Positions 47,715 to 59,789 of a stretch of 64,000 bases of DNA are shown here, one piece after another. Positions within the stretch are counted from its first letter, which is position 1, and each line of letters starts with the position of its first letter. Origin of the DNA: Selaginella moellendorffii (lineage: Eukaryota > Plantae > Lycopodiophyta); NCBI RefSeq assembly GCF_000143415.4, contig NW_003314263.1, positions 2,854,041 through 2,918,040 on the forward strand, given 5' to 3'. Made by a program: the position numbers and the translations under genes. The notes under the pieces are model-generated. The model saw only the letters and a list, made by a program, of their open reading frames with translations. It did no database searches and was not told the origin of the DNA.

Positions 47715-47943
47715 TACCTTCCGAGATTTAACTCCGGCTCAAGCTGCTGGTGCTGCTGCTGAATCGCGGCTCTTGCGACTACAGGCCAACGCTTGTCTAT
47801 AGATTCTTTGTAAGTACTTTCTCTTGCATGTCCGGATTCTGAACCATTGTATTTTCTAGCAGAGAAGGAACATTCTTTAGTCAAAAGATGAGCTTTCGGT
47901 AAGTTTTTCTTTTGGCGAGGGGTTTAGCTAGCTAGCATCTGAG

Positions 47944-48487
47944 ATGGGTGCCAAGTTTCAGCCCCTTCCTCGCTTCTACTGGACGAAGGAACAGATTGCT
48001 GCGATCAGAGACCTGTGCCGTGACGACGATCTCTACGTGAAGACGAAGTATGGTAGGAAGATGAGGCCGCCGCCTCTTCCGCGACTAAGTCGAGAGCAGG
48101 AACGCTTTGTTCGCGCAGACCCTCAAGCAGGCCTGGATAGAATCAGTGGGCAGTGGGTAGCACTCCAACACCAGCTCGGGAAGCAGCCTTACACACCCGA
48201 GGAGCAGGAAGGCAACTATGTGGGTTCGATTCTGGGTCACAAGCAATACAGGCGTGAGCTCCATCTTCACAGGGGACAGAAGCAATGGAATGTCCATGCA
48301 GTCGGGGACAGGTTTCTGGTCTACGAGACTTCCTCCCGCGACCGACACCGGTGATGATCCTCCGGTGCTTTGTGGTCGTGACAAGTTTGTCATTGGTCGG
48401 CCTCTGTCAGTAACAATGGATAACCAGGCGACGAATGTTTCCGCGTCATGGAACTCGTTTCCAGTGTGGAGCTTGCCAGAATCCTGA
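47944..48487 (+). pseudogene. Unknown family 'Y' gene, frameshifted near 48328
   Basis: The paralogue at 63471-63870 has GAGACACTT where this copy has GAGACTT, and homology continues past the premature stop at 48354. Confidence 0.65.
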
Positions 48488-49019
48488 GTTGTAGACCAAA
48501 GAACTCTGTTTTCAGGTCCACGTTGGCTTGGCTGCCATCAAAAGCCTCCAATTCTGAGCCGCTGTCACGGTGAGATCAACATGGTGATCCCAGAAAACTC
48601 TTATCGCGTGTGGGAGCTACATTAAAATAGATTTGGTAAATCATCCTGGTCCAAATAGATGTTCACATGGAAAATCCCACATACAATCCTAGCCACATCA
48701 TCAGTTACATGACACGTCACCAGTTTGACATTCGACGGTTCAGATCCTTTTAAGATGTACAGCTTTGATTTAAATAAATTAACGGCCCAGATTTATACAG
48801 TGAACGGGGAAGACAAGATTGGAGAGGAGGAGAACTGCGAGAAGATCTTTCAGGCTCTCGTCTGCACTCCCAATGAGCTCGTCCTTGTACTGCGAGGGCA
48901 CGCATCCAAAGTTCCAGCAAACGAATGAAGTGTCAGAAGAATTTCTAACGACCACGTACCAGAAGCTTGAATACTAGTATTCTCTTCATCGTTTTCTTCC
49001 CCTATTTCAGAAGATCCGG

Positions 49020-49460
49020 CTGGAAACCGTGCTCCAAGACATAAGCCTCAAGAAAGATGTGGATGGCCTCTGGCTCTCGATGATTTCCAGCCAAGTTTCG
49101 TGGACCTTAGCTTCTTGAGATGAAGAAAGTGGTGGTCATTGGCTGTAGCGACGTCGTCGGCCTTCCAAGAGTGCTACTCCAGAGACACAATGCCACAGTC
49201 ACAATATACGCACACGCAAAAACTAGTAGAGATTTCTCGGACTGCTGATATCCTGGTCAGGAAACGCAAATCTTGTGAGAAGAAACTGGATCAAACCTGG
49301 ACTTGTCGTTATAGACATGAGAATGAGCCAAGTAAAGGTGTGTGCCTCTCTTCGTACTTGGTTTGTAGCATATCTCCAGGACTCTGGCTCGGAAGAAATT
49401 GCTACGAGGAGCGTGAGAAAGTGGCGACCGCGATCACACCTGTCCCTGGACTGGTCAAAC
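49020..49460 (+). pseudogene. FolD (methylene-THF dehydrogenase/cyclohydrolase) pseudogene fragment
   Basis: ISLKKDVDGL, KKVVVIGCSDVVGLP, HNATVT, ADILV, WIKPGLVVID and AITPVPG lie in shifting frames. Confidence 0.8.
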
Positions 49461-50140
49461 ACAAAGGGCTCAGTCTCTCGACTCATGATAAACTTGAGAG
49501 TTACCTGGATAATTTGAGTTGCATGATAGGAAGATCACGTCCTTGGCATGTCCCTAAACGCTACCTCAGCTGAAGCAGGTACTGCAAAGCATGCCGTGAG
49601 TATAAGATCGATAGAAACTCTTTGAAAAAACTTACTTAGAACGCAGCTTACCCTCTGGAGGAACTTGTCAAAGCAGCCTGAGAATTAGAAGAAAACTTTC
49701 CGCAATGAAGATCAACACTAAAATATCAAACTGAAACCAATGCTGGGAAAGCAAGAAAGTTAAAGCAAGTGTTACTATTGATTCGATAGAAAGCCGACAA
49801 TAAAACGATTTACATTTAGAAAAGATGCTAGATAGAGCTCAAAAGTACCTCTAGTGTTGGTGTCTTTCTCTCAACATTTTTCATTTCCAAGGAAGAAGTT
49901 TCATCCTAGTCCGTTGCAATGCCTGAAATCGAATTCACGGATATTTGTTAATACCAGTAACACGGTACAATCTCACCACCAGCAACAAGCACATAGCGGA
50001 CAGTCCCGAACGTGCTCTTGGGACCTGGAGCTCTTCCAGGCAGACGCTGCTAGGAAATCATCTGCAAATCTAAAATCAGACGCAGCAGGACAAGGAAAGG
50101 GCATTGAAGTTAAAAACTTACCATGATTTAGTCGTGGGAC

Positions 50141-50188
50141 TGATCTAATGACCTAATGATCTAATGATCTAATGATCTAATGATCTAA
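50141..50188. repeat. Tandem repeat (TGATCTAA)x6
   Basis: Seen directly; one unit is TGACCTAA. Confidence 0.95.
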
Positions 50189-50670
50189 ATTTTGGAGTGC
50201 TAATGTTCATTCTTATATTGTTTTGTTGTAATTTTATCTATGACAAAACAAAACCATAACAGAATATCTTCATGCTTAACGGAATATGCGTTTGAAAGCC
50301 ATATGACGTAAGTATGAGATATAAGTAAAGTAGTGGTATTTCACTTGCGTCAGCGTTTTTGCAGACCAACGAACGTCTAGCATGGGACGGACGTGGCAGA
50401 TCCAACGGCGTCCATTCAAGTGAGTGGAAATGCGAAAGAGGATATTCCGCGCACCTTCTAGTTTCTAGATCACTCGCATTTCCCAAACGAGAGATTCTTG
50501 CGCTTCACCAATCGCAAGTACAAAGCTTTCTCCGAGCTGCGGCTTCTTGTGAATCCACAGGTAAGCAGTAAGTATTTCGATCATAGATCGCGTTTCCATA
50601 AAATATTTCCTCTCGGGACTGTGGATCAACGATTGCGTTGTGCAACACGAACACAGCAACGAAGAACATC

Positions 50671-51451
50671 ATGTCGGTATCGCATTATGACCAACTATCT
50701 GAGAAAACAGAGCAGGTGGACAGCTTCCTTCCCGAAGAGCACGCCCGCGTATGTACCCCGCCAGCCGTTCCCAAGCAGAACTTCGAATCGTTTTCCGAAG
50801 ACGAAGAACTAGAGGAAGCTGTGAACTCCAGTTATGGTACTCTGTTGGACATCGCGTTGGCGTCAAATTCTATCAGTGCTCAACGGCAACTCATGATCCA
50901 CGAACGCGAGCCACAGGCGAGGGAAATCCAGGCCATCGTTCAAGGCATTGATCTCGGAAACGAAGAGTCCTGGGGTGTATTCCAGAGGCTGTGGCAGGAG
51001 AGGCCAGAGACAATGGTCCGATGCATACCGCTCGTCTTGCTGGACAAAGAAGGAGGCAGTGCCAGGGAGAAACTTCGCCTCGCAAATGTTTTGAGGAAGG
51101 TGAGCTTCTCCACTTTGATGTTTTAAGGGCCTCTACACATTTCAAATGCAGCTGGTGATGGAGCAACAAGGGATTCGAGAAAGTATCTTGGCTGAGCCCG
51201 TCTTCATCGATTTTCTCTGCGGGAACTTGTGCCTGATGTCGTCGAACTTGCAGAAGGCGATATTCGACCTGATAGTAGCACTGGGATGTCAGGACCGACT
51301 GGAAAACGCTTTGCAATCGGATGGACTCACCAAAGACGAACGGAGCTGCATTGCAAGGCTCCCGGGCCTCGAAGAAACTGCGCTCGGCGGTGTCGACTTT
51401 GAGCCTGGAGCAACCTCCATCGCAATGCAAGAGATCCTTCGTATCACTTAG
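50671..51451 (+). CDS. Hypothetical helical (ARM-like) protein; upstream exons possible
   Basis: Two in-phase exons joined by a short GT-AG intron; Leu-rich helical pattern; no family recognised. Confidence 0.5.
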
Positions 51452-51777
51452 GTAAATCGTATGAATCGTTACTTTTTTACAGCTTTTTGGAATCAGGATC
51501 CAACAGTTAAACGAGAATTTTGATGATGAGACCGGACCTTCTCCTTGCGAGAGTTTTGACTCCTTTCAACAATTCTTAAAACGGACATGTATGCGACTTC
51601 ATAGAATTCTGCATTGTAAAGATCATTCGACATTTTGTCAATCCAAAAAAGTTTGATTCGATCGCAATGCTGGGCAATGAAACCAATCTTTAGAAGCTTA
51701 GTCAACATTGTGAGATCGGAAAACCATGCTTATGAGGCTAAGAAAACAGCGGCAAGACATGTTCGAAGTGGTCGAAT

Positions 51778-52752
51778 CTATGCCAAGGAACAGCATTGAT
51801 TGGTTTTGCGCGCGACTTTGTAGAATTCCTACATATAAAAAACACGCAAAGGTCATTCGAGGATCGCGAACGAAGAAAAGAACTTAGTTACGCGAGATTT
51901 GAAGCTGAGGTCGGAGCTTTTCTGGGCGAGACTGTCGAGCTTCTCGCCCCTGTCCAGGATGCTGTCGATCGTTTTGTGCTGGGAAAACACGAGCATCAAG
52001 CCGGGAAAGCTAAGAGCAAAAACTCAAGGGAGGCTCTCTCTCACGCACCAGTATGACTTTGGTGTCGTCCAAGTCCTTGGTGATCTTTTGGATCTTGTCC
52101 ACATTGACTGGATCCTAGAGAAAGAGGAAGGATGGATTCAAAGCTAGAGCAAAAAGAGGTGGAAAGCTACCTGGAATTTCTTGAGAGCCTCGTCGAGCCA
52201 TGGCCAGGCGTGCTGCTTGTCAGCCTTCAATTGCCTCCACGAGTTTCCAAACGTTTGCTCGTACTTGTCAAGCACCTGAGCCAGAGAGAAAGAAAAAACA
52301 ACGAAGCAGACAAAACTTCGCCAAAGCTTCCAAAGTGTTTACCTCGCGAAGAACCAGGAAAGAGCTTGGATAGTGTTTATCGGCGAAAACCAGGCCACAA
52401 AGTCCATTCCGGTTGAAACTATGTACCGTGTACTGGTCTATACACAAAGAAAATGAGGAACAATCCACCACGAAAAGAAAGGAGCTCACACACGAAGAAC
52501 AAACGATCTAGAAAAACACATACCCTGCTCCACCGATCGGCGCTCCCCCGGTTTGGTGCGCGAGGCGATGGTGCGCGCCGTGAACACGATCAACTCCTTG
52601 ACGTTGGATTGATAGAAGATGCTGACATTGAGCTCGTAGGATCCAGCGAGAAGAAACGCCGAATCGGACTGGTCCGCCCCACGATCGCCGAGATCGCCAT
52701 CCCGCTCTTTCAAGAGCCCTAGAATTTCAAAATTTAGGGGTTTGGGAAGCAT
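51778..52752 (-). CDS. YKT6: YKT6-like longin R-SNARE; 5' end irregular
   Basis: VKELIVFTARTIASRT, HSFNRNGLCG, DPVNVDKIQKI, HKTIDSILDRGEKLDSL, FYKVARKTNQCCSLA (CCxxx prenylation box). Confidence 0.85.
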
Positions 52753-52942
52753 ATTCTCCTATAGTGGCATATTCTGTTCATATGGCTTTCAAACGCATAT
52801 TTCGTTAAGCATAAAGATATTCTGTTATGGTTTTGTTTTGTCATAGATAAAATCGATACATTTACAACAAAACAATATAAGAATGAACATTAGCATTCCA
52901 AAAATTTTGCAACTCGGGGAAGAATTTTCTTTCTTTTGCTAC

Positions 52943-55900
52943 TTACGCGACCAGCCTCCGGCTACTCTCGATCTCTTTCACCATTCCACAGCACTTCTTC
53001 CACTTCCGCTGTGATCCGCAAGAACAGCTATCGTTTCGTCCCAGCTTCCTGGAACTACTGTTGCTGCTGCTGCTGCTGCTGCCACTGTTGATCGATCTCT
53101 CAATCGTCGACACCTCGTCTCCTTTTCCTGTGATGATCTCTCGCTGCTGCTGCTGCTGCTGCTGATCGCGGCTTGATCCTCTAGGAGACAGCTCCTCCCT
53201 GTTGGTGGTGTTTAAAACTCTCCTCACGGACCTGTCCAGAAATCCTTTCGCGAATACCGGCTTGAGTACAACCCCGTTCACTGCTTTCCTCGGCGGCTCT
53301 TTCTTCACGTCCTGGTTTCCATCCTTGGTTGCCCCCGACAAAGCTTGCTGCACGCATGCTGTGCTTGTATGAAGTTCCCCCGCTGGTAGAGACAAGCTTT
53401 GATCAAGCTCATCCATCGACGGGGACGCTGGCTCCTCCTCAGCTCCCCCCTCTTTACTACTGGTTTCGTTACTCACTTCGTTGTCAACTTCCATGGAAGA
53501 AGAGCGCTCTTGGAGCAAGTGCTGCCTCTTGGATGGCGACTCGACTTTATCCGCGGCTGTCAAGCGTTCCTTGTCCCGCTGAGCCAGAGAGTATCCAAAA
53601 CTCCTTGGAAGGTCATCTGCTAGCTGATGAGACTGTGAAGGGGACGCTGGAGACTTCGCAGCCGGAGGACACGACAACGATCTCGTCCGAGGCGCGTCGG
53701 AAGTTTCTAACCTCCGCTTGGCAGCCTTCCTTCTTTGCGAACTTGAAGGTGAAGTGACCTCGCACTCTGCCAGCTCGTGAGACATCTCCACCTGTGAATT
53801 TGGTGACGAGATTCTGTCTATCTCCTGGGATGACCCGGTGATGCTGTCTGAATCGTCAAACCCGAGCTCGATAACCTTCTCGATTGTAGTGGTCTGCAAA
53901 GTTGAATACGAGGGCCCAACCGATTCTTCTACCAGCGAGTTATCGATCAAAGTTCCAGCTATTATCGGACTAACCCGATGGACTTGATCATGGACTTGTC
54001 CAATTGACGAACTCTGCTGGTACTTGCAGGAGGACGACGAGCACTTTCTCCCATTTGAAACCGATACATCAGTTATAGTTGAAGCCACAGAGCCAACAGC
54101 TGTTTCCGGACCGGGTCTTGCTGAAGATCTACGAAAAGAACACAAGTTAACCGATAGACCTGCAGAATTCTGGATACCTGCTGTACATCAGCATGTAAGC
54201 TTTCTGAGACATCACCTTCTCTGTATCAACCTCTTTCACCTACATCAATTGAACATCCACTCAGTAAAGGAGGAAACAACACAGTAGTAAGAAACTCTTG
54301 CCTTGCTATCGTCGACTTTATACCAAGTTCCTGTCATGTCCCGAACATAACAAATGTAATGGCCAAAGAAAGAAGCGTTTAGCATGTCGACATGTACAAC
54401 AACCGCATACAGTCTGTAGAGGGGAGGTTTGTCTCCTTCTCCGCTCATGTACGGTGAAATGTTCAAGGCTTCCGGAAAGGTGACCCGTTTGTTTAGCTTC
54501 CCAAACTTTCCGGACTACACATAACACCGTGATAGTGATCTCAAAACATTAAACAAAAAAGAAACAAAAAAAACCTGGAAGCGTTTCAAGGCGATCGTAA
54601 GAATGTTCGGAGCTTCATAAACACTTAGACGCTTGCTCGCCTTCACATAACCGTTGCATCTGGAAAGCAGAAAATAATTCAAGAGTAGTACCAGGAAAAT
54701 AATGGAATTGCCCAAACGTCACACCACCTATCGCATTTGTACTTGTTTTCGCCGTCTAGCCATTCAGGGGCTGTAAACTGAGCGAGTCCATCTTCTAATG
54801 ATTCAACTGCACCTTGTATTTCCACGGCAAGATCCATCATGTTCTCGTAGCGATTAGACTCATGGCCGCATTGCATGCATTTCACCTGATAAACGAAGAT
54901 AACTTAGCAAAGATTTAATGACTGTCTACTTCTTACCTGTGATTGAAGATGGCCACCAAATATGTACTGAATCAACGTCGTTTCTTGACTACGGGAATCT
55001 ACTTGCTTTTCACCGCCAAACTGATCGAGACATATAGACTGCATCGAATCCACGGCGAACCTGCACAATATAATATTTTATAAACTCGCAAACAAACATC
55101 CAAAAGCCTACCGCATAAATTCATGCGCATCCTCCTGACGTCCATAGCCAAGATGATTACCAATGTCCCGCAGGCGTGACAAAATTCGAAAAGGCGAGAA
55201 AGGAACCTCGCTATTGAAGACCCTCAAAGCATGGTCTTGAAGCTCACACATAAAACACCAATCATTTCGACGGCCTGGAAGAGTAGAAATGTAAGATAAG
55301 ATAACGAAATTCTAGTACTTACATTCAGCACGGTGGCTTCCCTCAAGTAAATATGCAGCTAAAGGTCTTGTGTAAGAAAGACACTGAAGTATAACGTTCG
55401 CAAAGCAGCTGCCAGGGGAAAAAATATGTTACCTCGTTTCTCATAGTACATTTTCTTTTACCTGTTTCCACAGTTTATCAGTCCGCAAGGTGGCCTTCGA
55501 AAATCCCAGTTGAAGTAATGAACGAAGCGACCATACGGAAATAGTATCTGAAAGAAAAAGAAAAATGCTTGATCAATGCAAGAAAGGAAATAAGACAGAA
55601 CCTTTTTGGGCTTTACAAGACTCCCATCAGAAGTTACGTTGGATTCGTCCGACTTAGATTCGGAAGTTTGCAAACACAACTTCTTCACCTCCACTTCTGC
55701 TGGTGCTGGCTTAGGACTGATAACATGAGCTCGAGGAGAAGCTTCGGTGTTCTTAAGCTTCTTGGTTCCTGGAACTGCCAAAGAGATGGGCTCGGACTTG
55801 GGCTTGGGCGTGGGTTTCTCCGCCCCCGCCACAAGGCATTCGTTCTTGTGACCTTGCCTCCAATGCGTGACTTGGCACTTCGAAGAACTGAAAGAAGAAA

Positions 55901-56274
55901 CTCGTCATTTTCCTAGTTCCAAGGAAAGAACTAGCTTACCAGTAGTGAATCGATTTGCAACGCGAGCAGCGACTGTTTGTTGGGCTGTCACAGACGGCAC
56001 ACAAGCTAGCGGCTGCTAGTTGCTGTTGCTGTGGTGGATTCGGCGACGAGATGGTGGTAGAGTTTCGCGGAGTAGCCAACATGGAAGTGTATTCCTGCTC
56101 GGCTAGCTTTTCGTGTTGTTCGTTCTCGGCCGCTAGAATTTGCTGGAGCCGCTGGAGCTCGATCTGCCTTGCTGCCCGGATTCTCACCTGGTGGATCAGA
56201 CCCAAGCTCACCAGCGCGACGATCACGAGTGTCAACAGCAGCGCTGGAACATCCACTTCCACGCGCTCATGCAT
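52943..56274 (-). CDS. zf-MYND ubiquitin-specific protease (UBP15-19 family) with a C-terminal SEC-C motif
   Basis: N-terminal TM helix; MYND CAVC..RCSRCK..YC; Cys box [18 protein letters not shown]; QEDAHEF; His box [14 protein letters not shown]; tail [21 protein letters not shown]. Confidence 0.92.
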
Positions 56275-56825
56275 CTACGTTTGTCCCTTGCCCCGGAGGA
56301 TGTGGCAAGAGTGGCGAGGCCGTGATAATCCAGCATCCAGTCCAAGAAATTGCCGAGCCGAGTCCGAGGATCGAATATTTCCTTCTTCCGGTGGATTCGC
56401 GGTGGATTTCGCCGCGGAAGCTGGACGATCACGGCAATTCCAGCGAGCTGTGGCGATGGCGGCGACCTAGCGGGGAGAGGAAGAATGCACCTTGCGGAGG
56501 ATTTCCAAATGCCTGGAGCGCTCCATGCCGTGGCAGCGCCGGGGAATCCTTGGAACTCGGGCGCTGCCCGGGAAAAACCTAGATAGAGAACTTAGGGCTT
56601 GCGCAAATGAAAACCAACAAGAGAGCATTGACGGGCTTGACGGCCTCCCTGACGAATTAAAGATGTCCCGAGAAACGGGGAATATACGTGGCATCATTTT
56701 AGGTCTTTGGATTGGTGAGAGAATGGGCGCGATCCATGGCGCTGGAGCTCGAGATCCATGGCGCTGGAGCTCGATTCGGGGGAAATCTTGATGATTTCGA
56801 TGGGATTTTGACAGGATTGAGCTAG

Positions 56826-58809
56826 ATGGACAAGGATAGAGTCGTGGTAGCGCAGCTCCTGCTGGATGGAACGCGCGTCAAGGCGTCTTTCAGCTCCTCG
56901 GGGGTGTTGAAATGGGACGGCCATGGGATCAGCGCCGGGAGCCTCATCGTCCAGAAGGACATTCTGGGATTCACGGACAAGCCGATCACGATCGTGCTTC
57001 ACACCTTCCAGTTTGCGAGCACGGGGTGCTGTGGAGGCAATCAGCGCAAGAGGAAGGACGTGACCTTGGAATTCGAGCAGCGGGAGGCTTACAAGCTGTG
57101 GTGCGATGCCATCCAAGAGTGTTTGGATCGATCAGGTAAGTAGATTTGCTCTTTTGGTTTTCTAGAACAAGCTTGAGGAATTATTTTTCAGGGAGGCCGA
57201 AGAGATTGGTCGTTTTTATCAATCCCTTTAGTGGCAAAGGAGAGGCAGAAGAAGTCTACAAGCGCGATGTTTTGCCACTACTCGCGGCAGCTCGCATTGA
57301 GGTCACGAAGAAAGGTTTCTCTTTCGATATCTTTGTTTCTTTTTTTTCTTCTTTTCTTAAACTTTTCTTTGTTTCAGTGACTCAATTCCAGCTTCATGCG
57401 AGAGACATGGCCAAATCAATGAATATCGCGCAGTACGATGGAGTTATATGCGTTAGCGGTGATGGGATTTTAGTGGAGGTGCGTTTTAAGCAATGAGCTC
57501 TTCTCGCAAACAAAACGCTCACGCCTCTTTCAGGTGTTGAACGGGCTTTTAGAAAGGCCAGACTGGGCTCGAGCAATCAAGATGCCGATTGGAGTCGTAC
57601 CCGCAGGCAAGACTTTCGCCGTGCTTTTTTTGCTTGTTTTGTGTGAATGCGACGACTTTTAATGCTCAGGTTCTGGAAATGGCATGGCTAAATCCTTGTT
57701 AGATGCTGCTGGCGAGCCTTGCAATGCTCGCAATGCAACTTTCGCTATAATACGCGGTAATTCGTTTTGCTTGGTCTCTGAGCGGACTTACGCGATGCCA
57801 CAGAGCATTGACACTTGTTTTGGCCGTTTTTGCAGGTCACACACAAGCGGTTGATGTCGCCACAGTTGTACAAGGACAAACAAAGTTCTACAGCATTCTC
57901 CTACTGACATGGGGTACATAGAATGTTTATATTCTCTTCATTAAAACACTGCTGGCTGTGTTTCAGGATTTGTCGCGGACGTGGACATTGAATCCGAAAA
58001 GTATCGGTGGATGGGAGGGTTGCGTTTCGACTTTTACGTAAGTTGTCTTCAAGAGATAGCTAAAATAACAAGCGAACTCCACTCCGTTTTGCTTGCAGAG
58101 CTTGATACGCATCTTACGCTTGCGGCGGTACAACGGTGTTTTCGCCTACGTTCCGGCGCCTGGATACGAGGACATAGGAGCACCTTACAATGGCGAGCTC
58201 GACGGCATGAAAGTCGAGTGTGACGACGAGAGAAGGGGACGCGCCGCGACCGGCTACTCGGGACCGGTATCCTCGTCGCTGAGAAGCGACTGGAGGGTGA
58301 TGGAGGGAGCATTCGTGATGGTTTTGCTGCAAAACGTTCCTTGGGCTAGTGAGGACTTTAACTCCGCCCCCGAGTCCAAGGTACGCACTCTAAGATCTCT
58401 CGCGTTCTCTTACGCTTCATAGCAGTTTGCAGATGGATTTCTAGACCTCATTGTTCTCCGGGACTGCCCTCGATACAAGCTCATCGGCCTGCTTACGAGC
58501 ATACAGCAAGGGAAAGCGGTGGAATCCAAGTATCTCACGTATCTCAAAGTAAGTCACTCGAAGAACTTGGAACTTACAAGAAGAGCGTTTGATTTCTTCT
58601 CTTTTGATGCATAGGTGAAAGCTTTCCAAATAGCTCCCGGTGGAAGAGTGGGGAGCCGGATCCAAGGAGGATACATCGACGTGGATGGCGAGGTTGTGAC
58701 GAGAGGCTGGGGCGCCGTGGGCGATGGTAAGGGAGACCCCATGTCCTATGGTCCGACCATTGAGGTCTGTGTGGAGCAAGGTTTGGCCACTCTTTACTGT
58801 CCGCCATAG
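56826..58809 (+). CDS. SPHK: Sphingosine/long-chain base kinase
   Basis: RPKRLVVFINPFSGKG, SGDGILVEVLNGL, PAGSGNGMA, DVDIESEKYRWMG, YIDVDGE. Confidence 0.93.
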
Positions 58810-59196
58810 ACTTCTCCACGAATTTCCAATAACCTGTACAGGATCCATTACTTAAAGATCTGTAGAATATGCTAGGCATTCTTTTGTGTGTGTTTTTTAG
58901 GGGTTGTGAGATCACCAGACAGATGATGGAAGCGATGGCTAAGAAGTATAGGGGTGATTTTACACTAGGGAAGGTGGCCATAATAGATGAATTAAGTGGG
59001 AGAGAGTAATACCCAGTCCCGCAGAACAATGAGATCTAGAAATCCAAGGGGAGTAAAAACAGATAATATAATTGGCTTTGGCGAAAATAAATCTCACACC
59101 GTCCATGAACCATAAGTGAACATCTCAAAGTAACGTTCAAGGAAGACTTTCCAAAAAAGGTTTTTTTTCTTCTTTTTTTTTTTGCTTTTGATTGCG

Positions 59197-59680
59197 ATGG
59201 AGGCGATTGCCCGGGAAATGATGGAAGGGCTGGGCCATAATAAGAACTATGTGGGCGATTTCACACTGGGGAAGATGGGTATGATCGATGAACTAAGTGG
59301 AAGAGAGTATTACCCCCTGAGCTACACAGCAAAGGATTTGCCGGTGCCAGTTGAGGGTTATGTGGCGACTCATGGGAGATATTTCCCTCCGGATGCAAGA
59401 GGTGTGAGGGGTTTGGTTGTCTTTGTTATTGACGATGATAACGACGAGGCCATGGAAGTGCGGATCCAAAGGGTACCTTCTCTGGATTTTAAATTTTTTT
59501 TTTTTCTTGTTTCACCTTTTTCTCCTTCAGGTGTCTAAGGATGGCCAAATTCTGGAAGATTATAGAAACTATTCTTCAGCAGATGTTGATTGGCAAAGTT
59601 TGTTTATCTTGCAAGAACAACAAGACAGGTCCGAAGCGTTGATTGACGAGTCCCTCAAGAAAGGCTACATTGTTATATGA
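59197..59680 (+). CDS. Unknown small protein, family 'X' (2 exons, ~140 aa)
   Basis: In-phase GT-AG intron 59473-59530; three degraded copies nearby (58905-59020, 60060-60400 inverted, 61867-62280). Confidence 0.55.
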
Positions 59681-59789
59681 TTTGTTATCTTTTTGCTAAT
59701 CTCGAGAAATGTCTTGGAAGTGAGTTGACCGTGGTCCAAATACCATCTAATTTGATATGCAAGTTTGTGAAAAAAGAATTTTTCTTATC

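Larger units (their letters stand above)
50187..52907. repeat. ~120-bp inverted repeat pair (50187-50306 / 52778-52907) enclosing two convergent genes
   Basis: Arms are reverse complements apart from a few substitutions and one ~9-nt indel. Confidence 0.9.

Noticed and set aside
49850-50125. Possible small spliced minus-strand gene
   Set aside because: Splice-like signals are present but no supportable product.
56731-56774. Direct repeat GATCCATGGCGCTGGAGCTCGA x2 in the UBP/SPHK divergent promoter
   Set aside because: Simple local duplication with no evidence of function.
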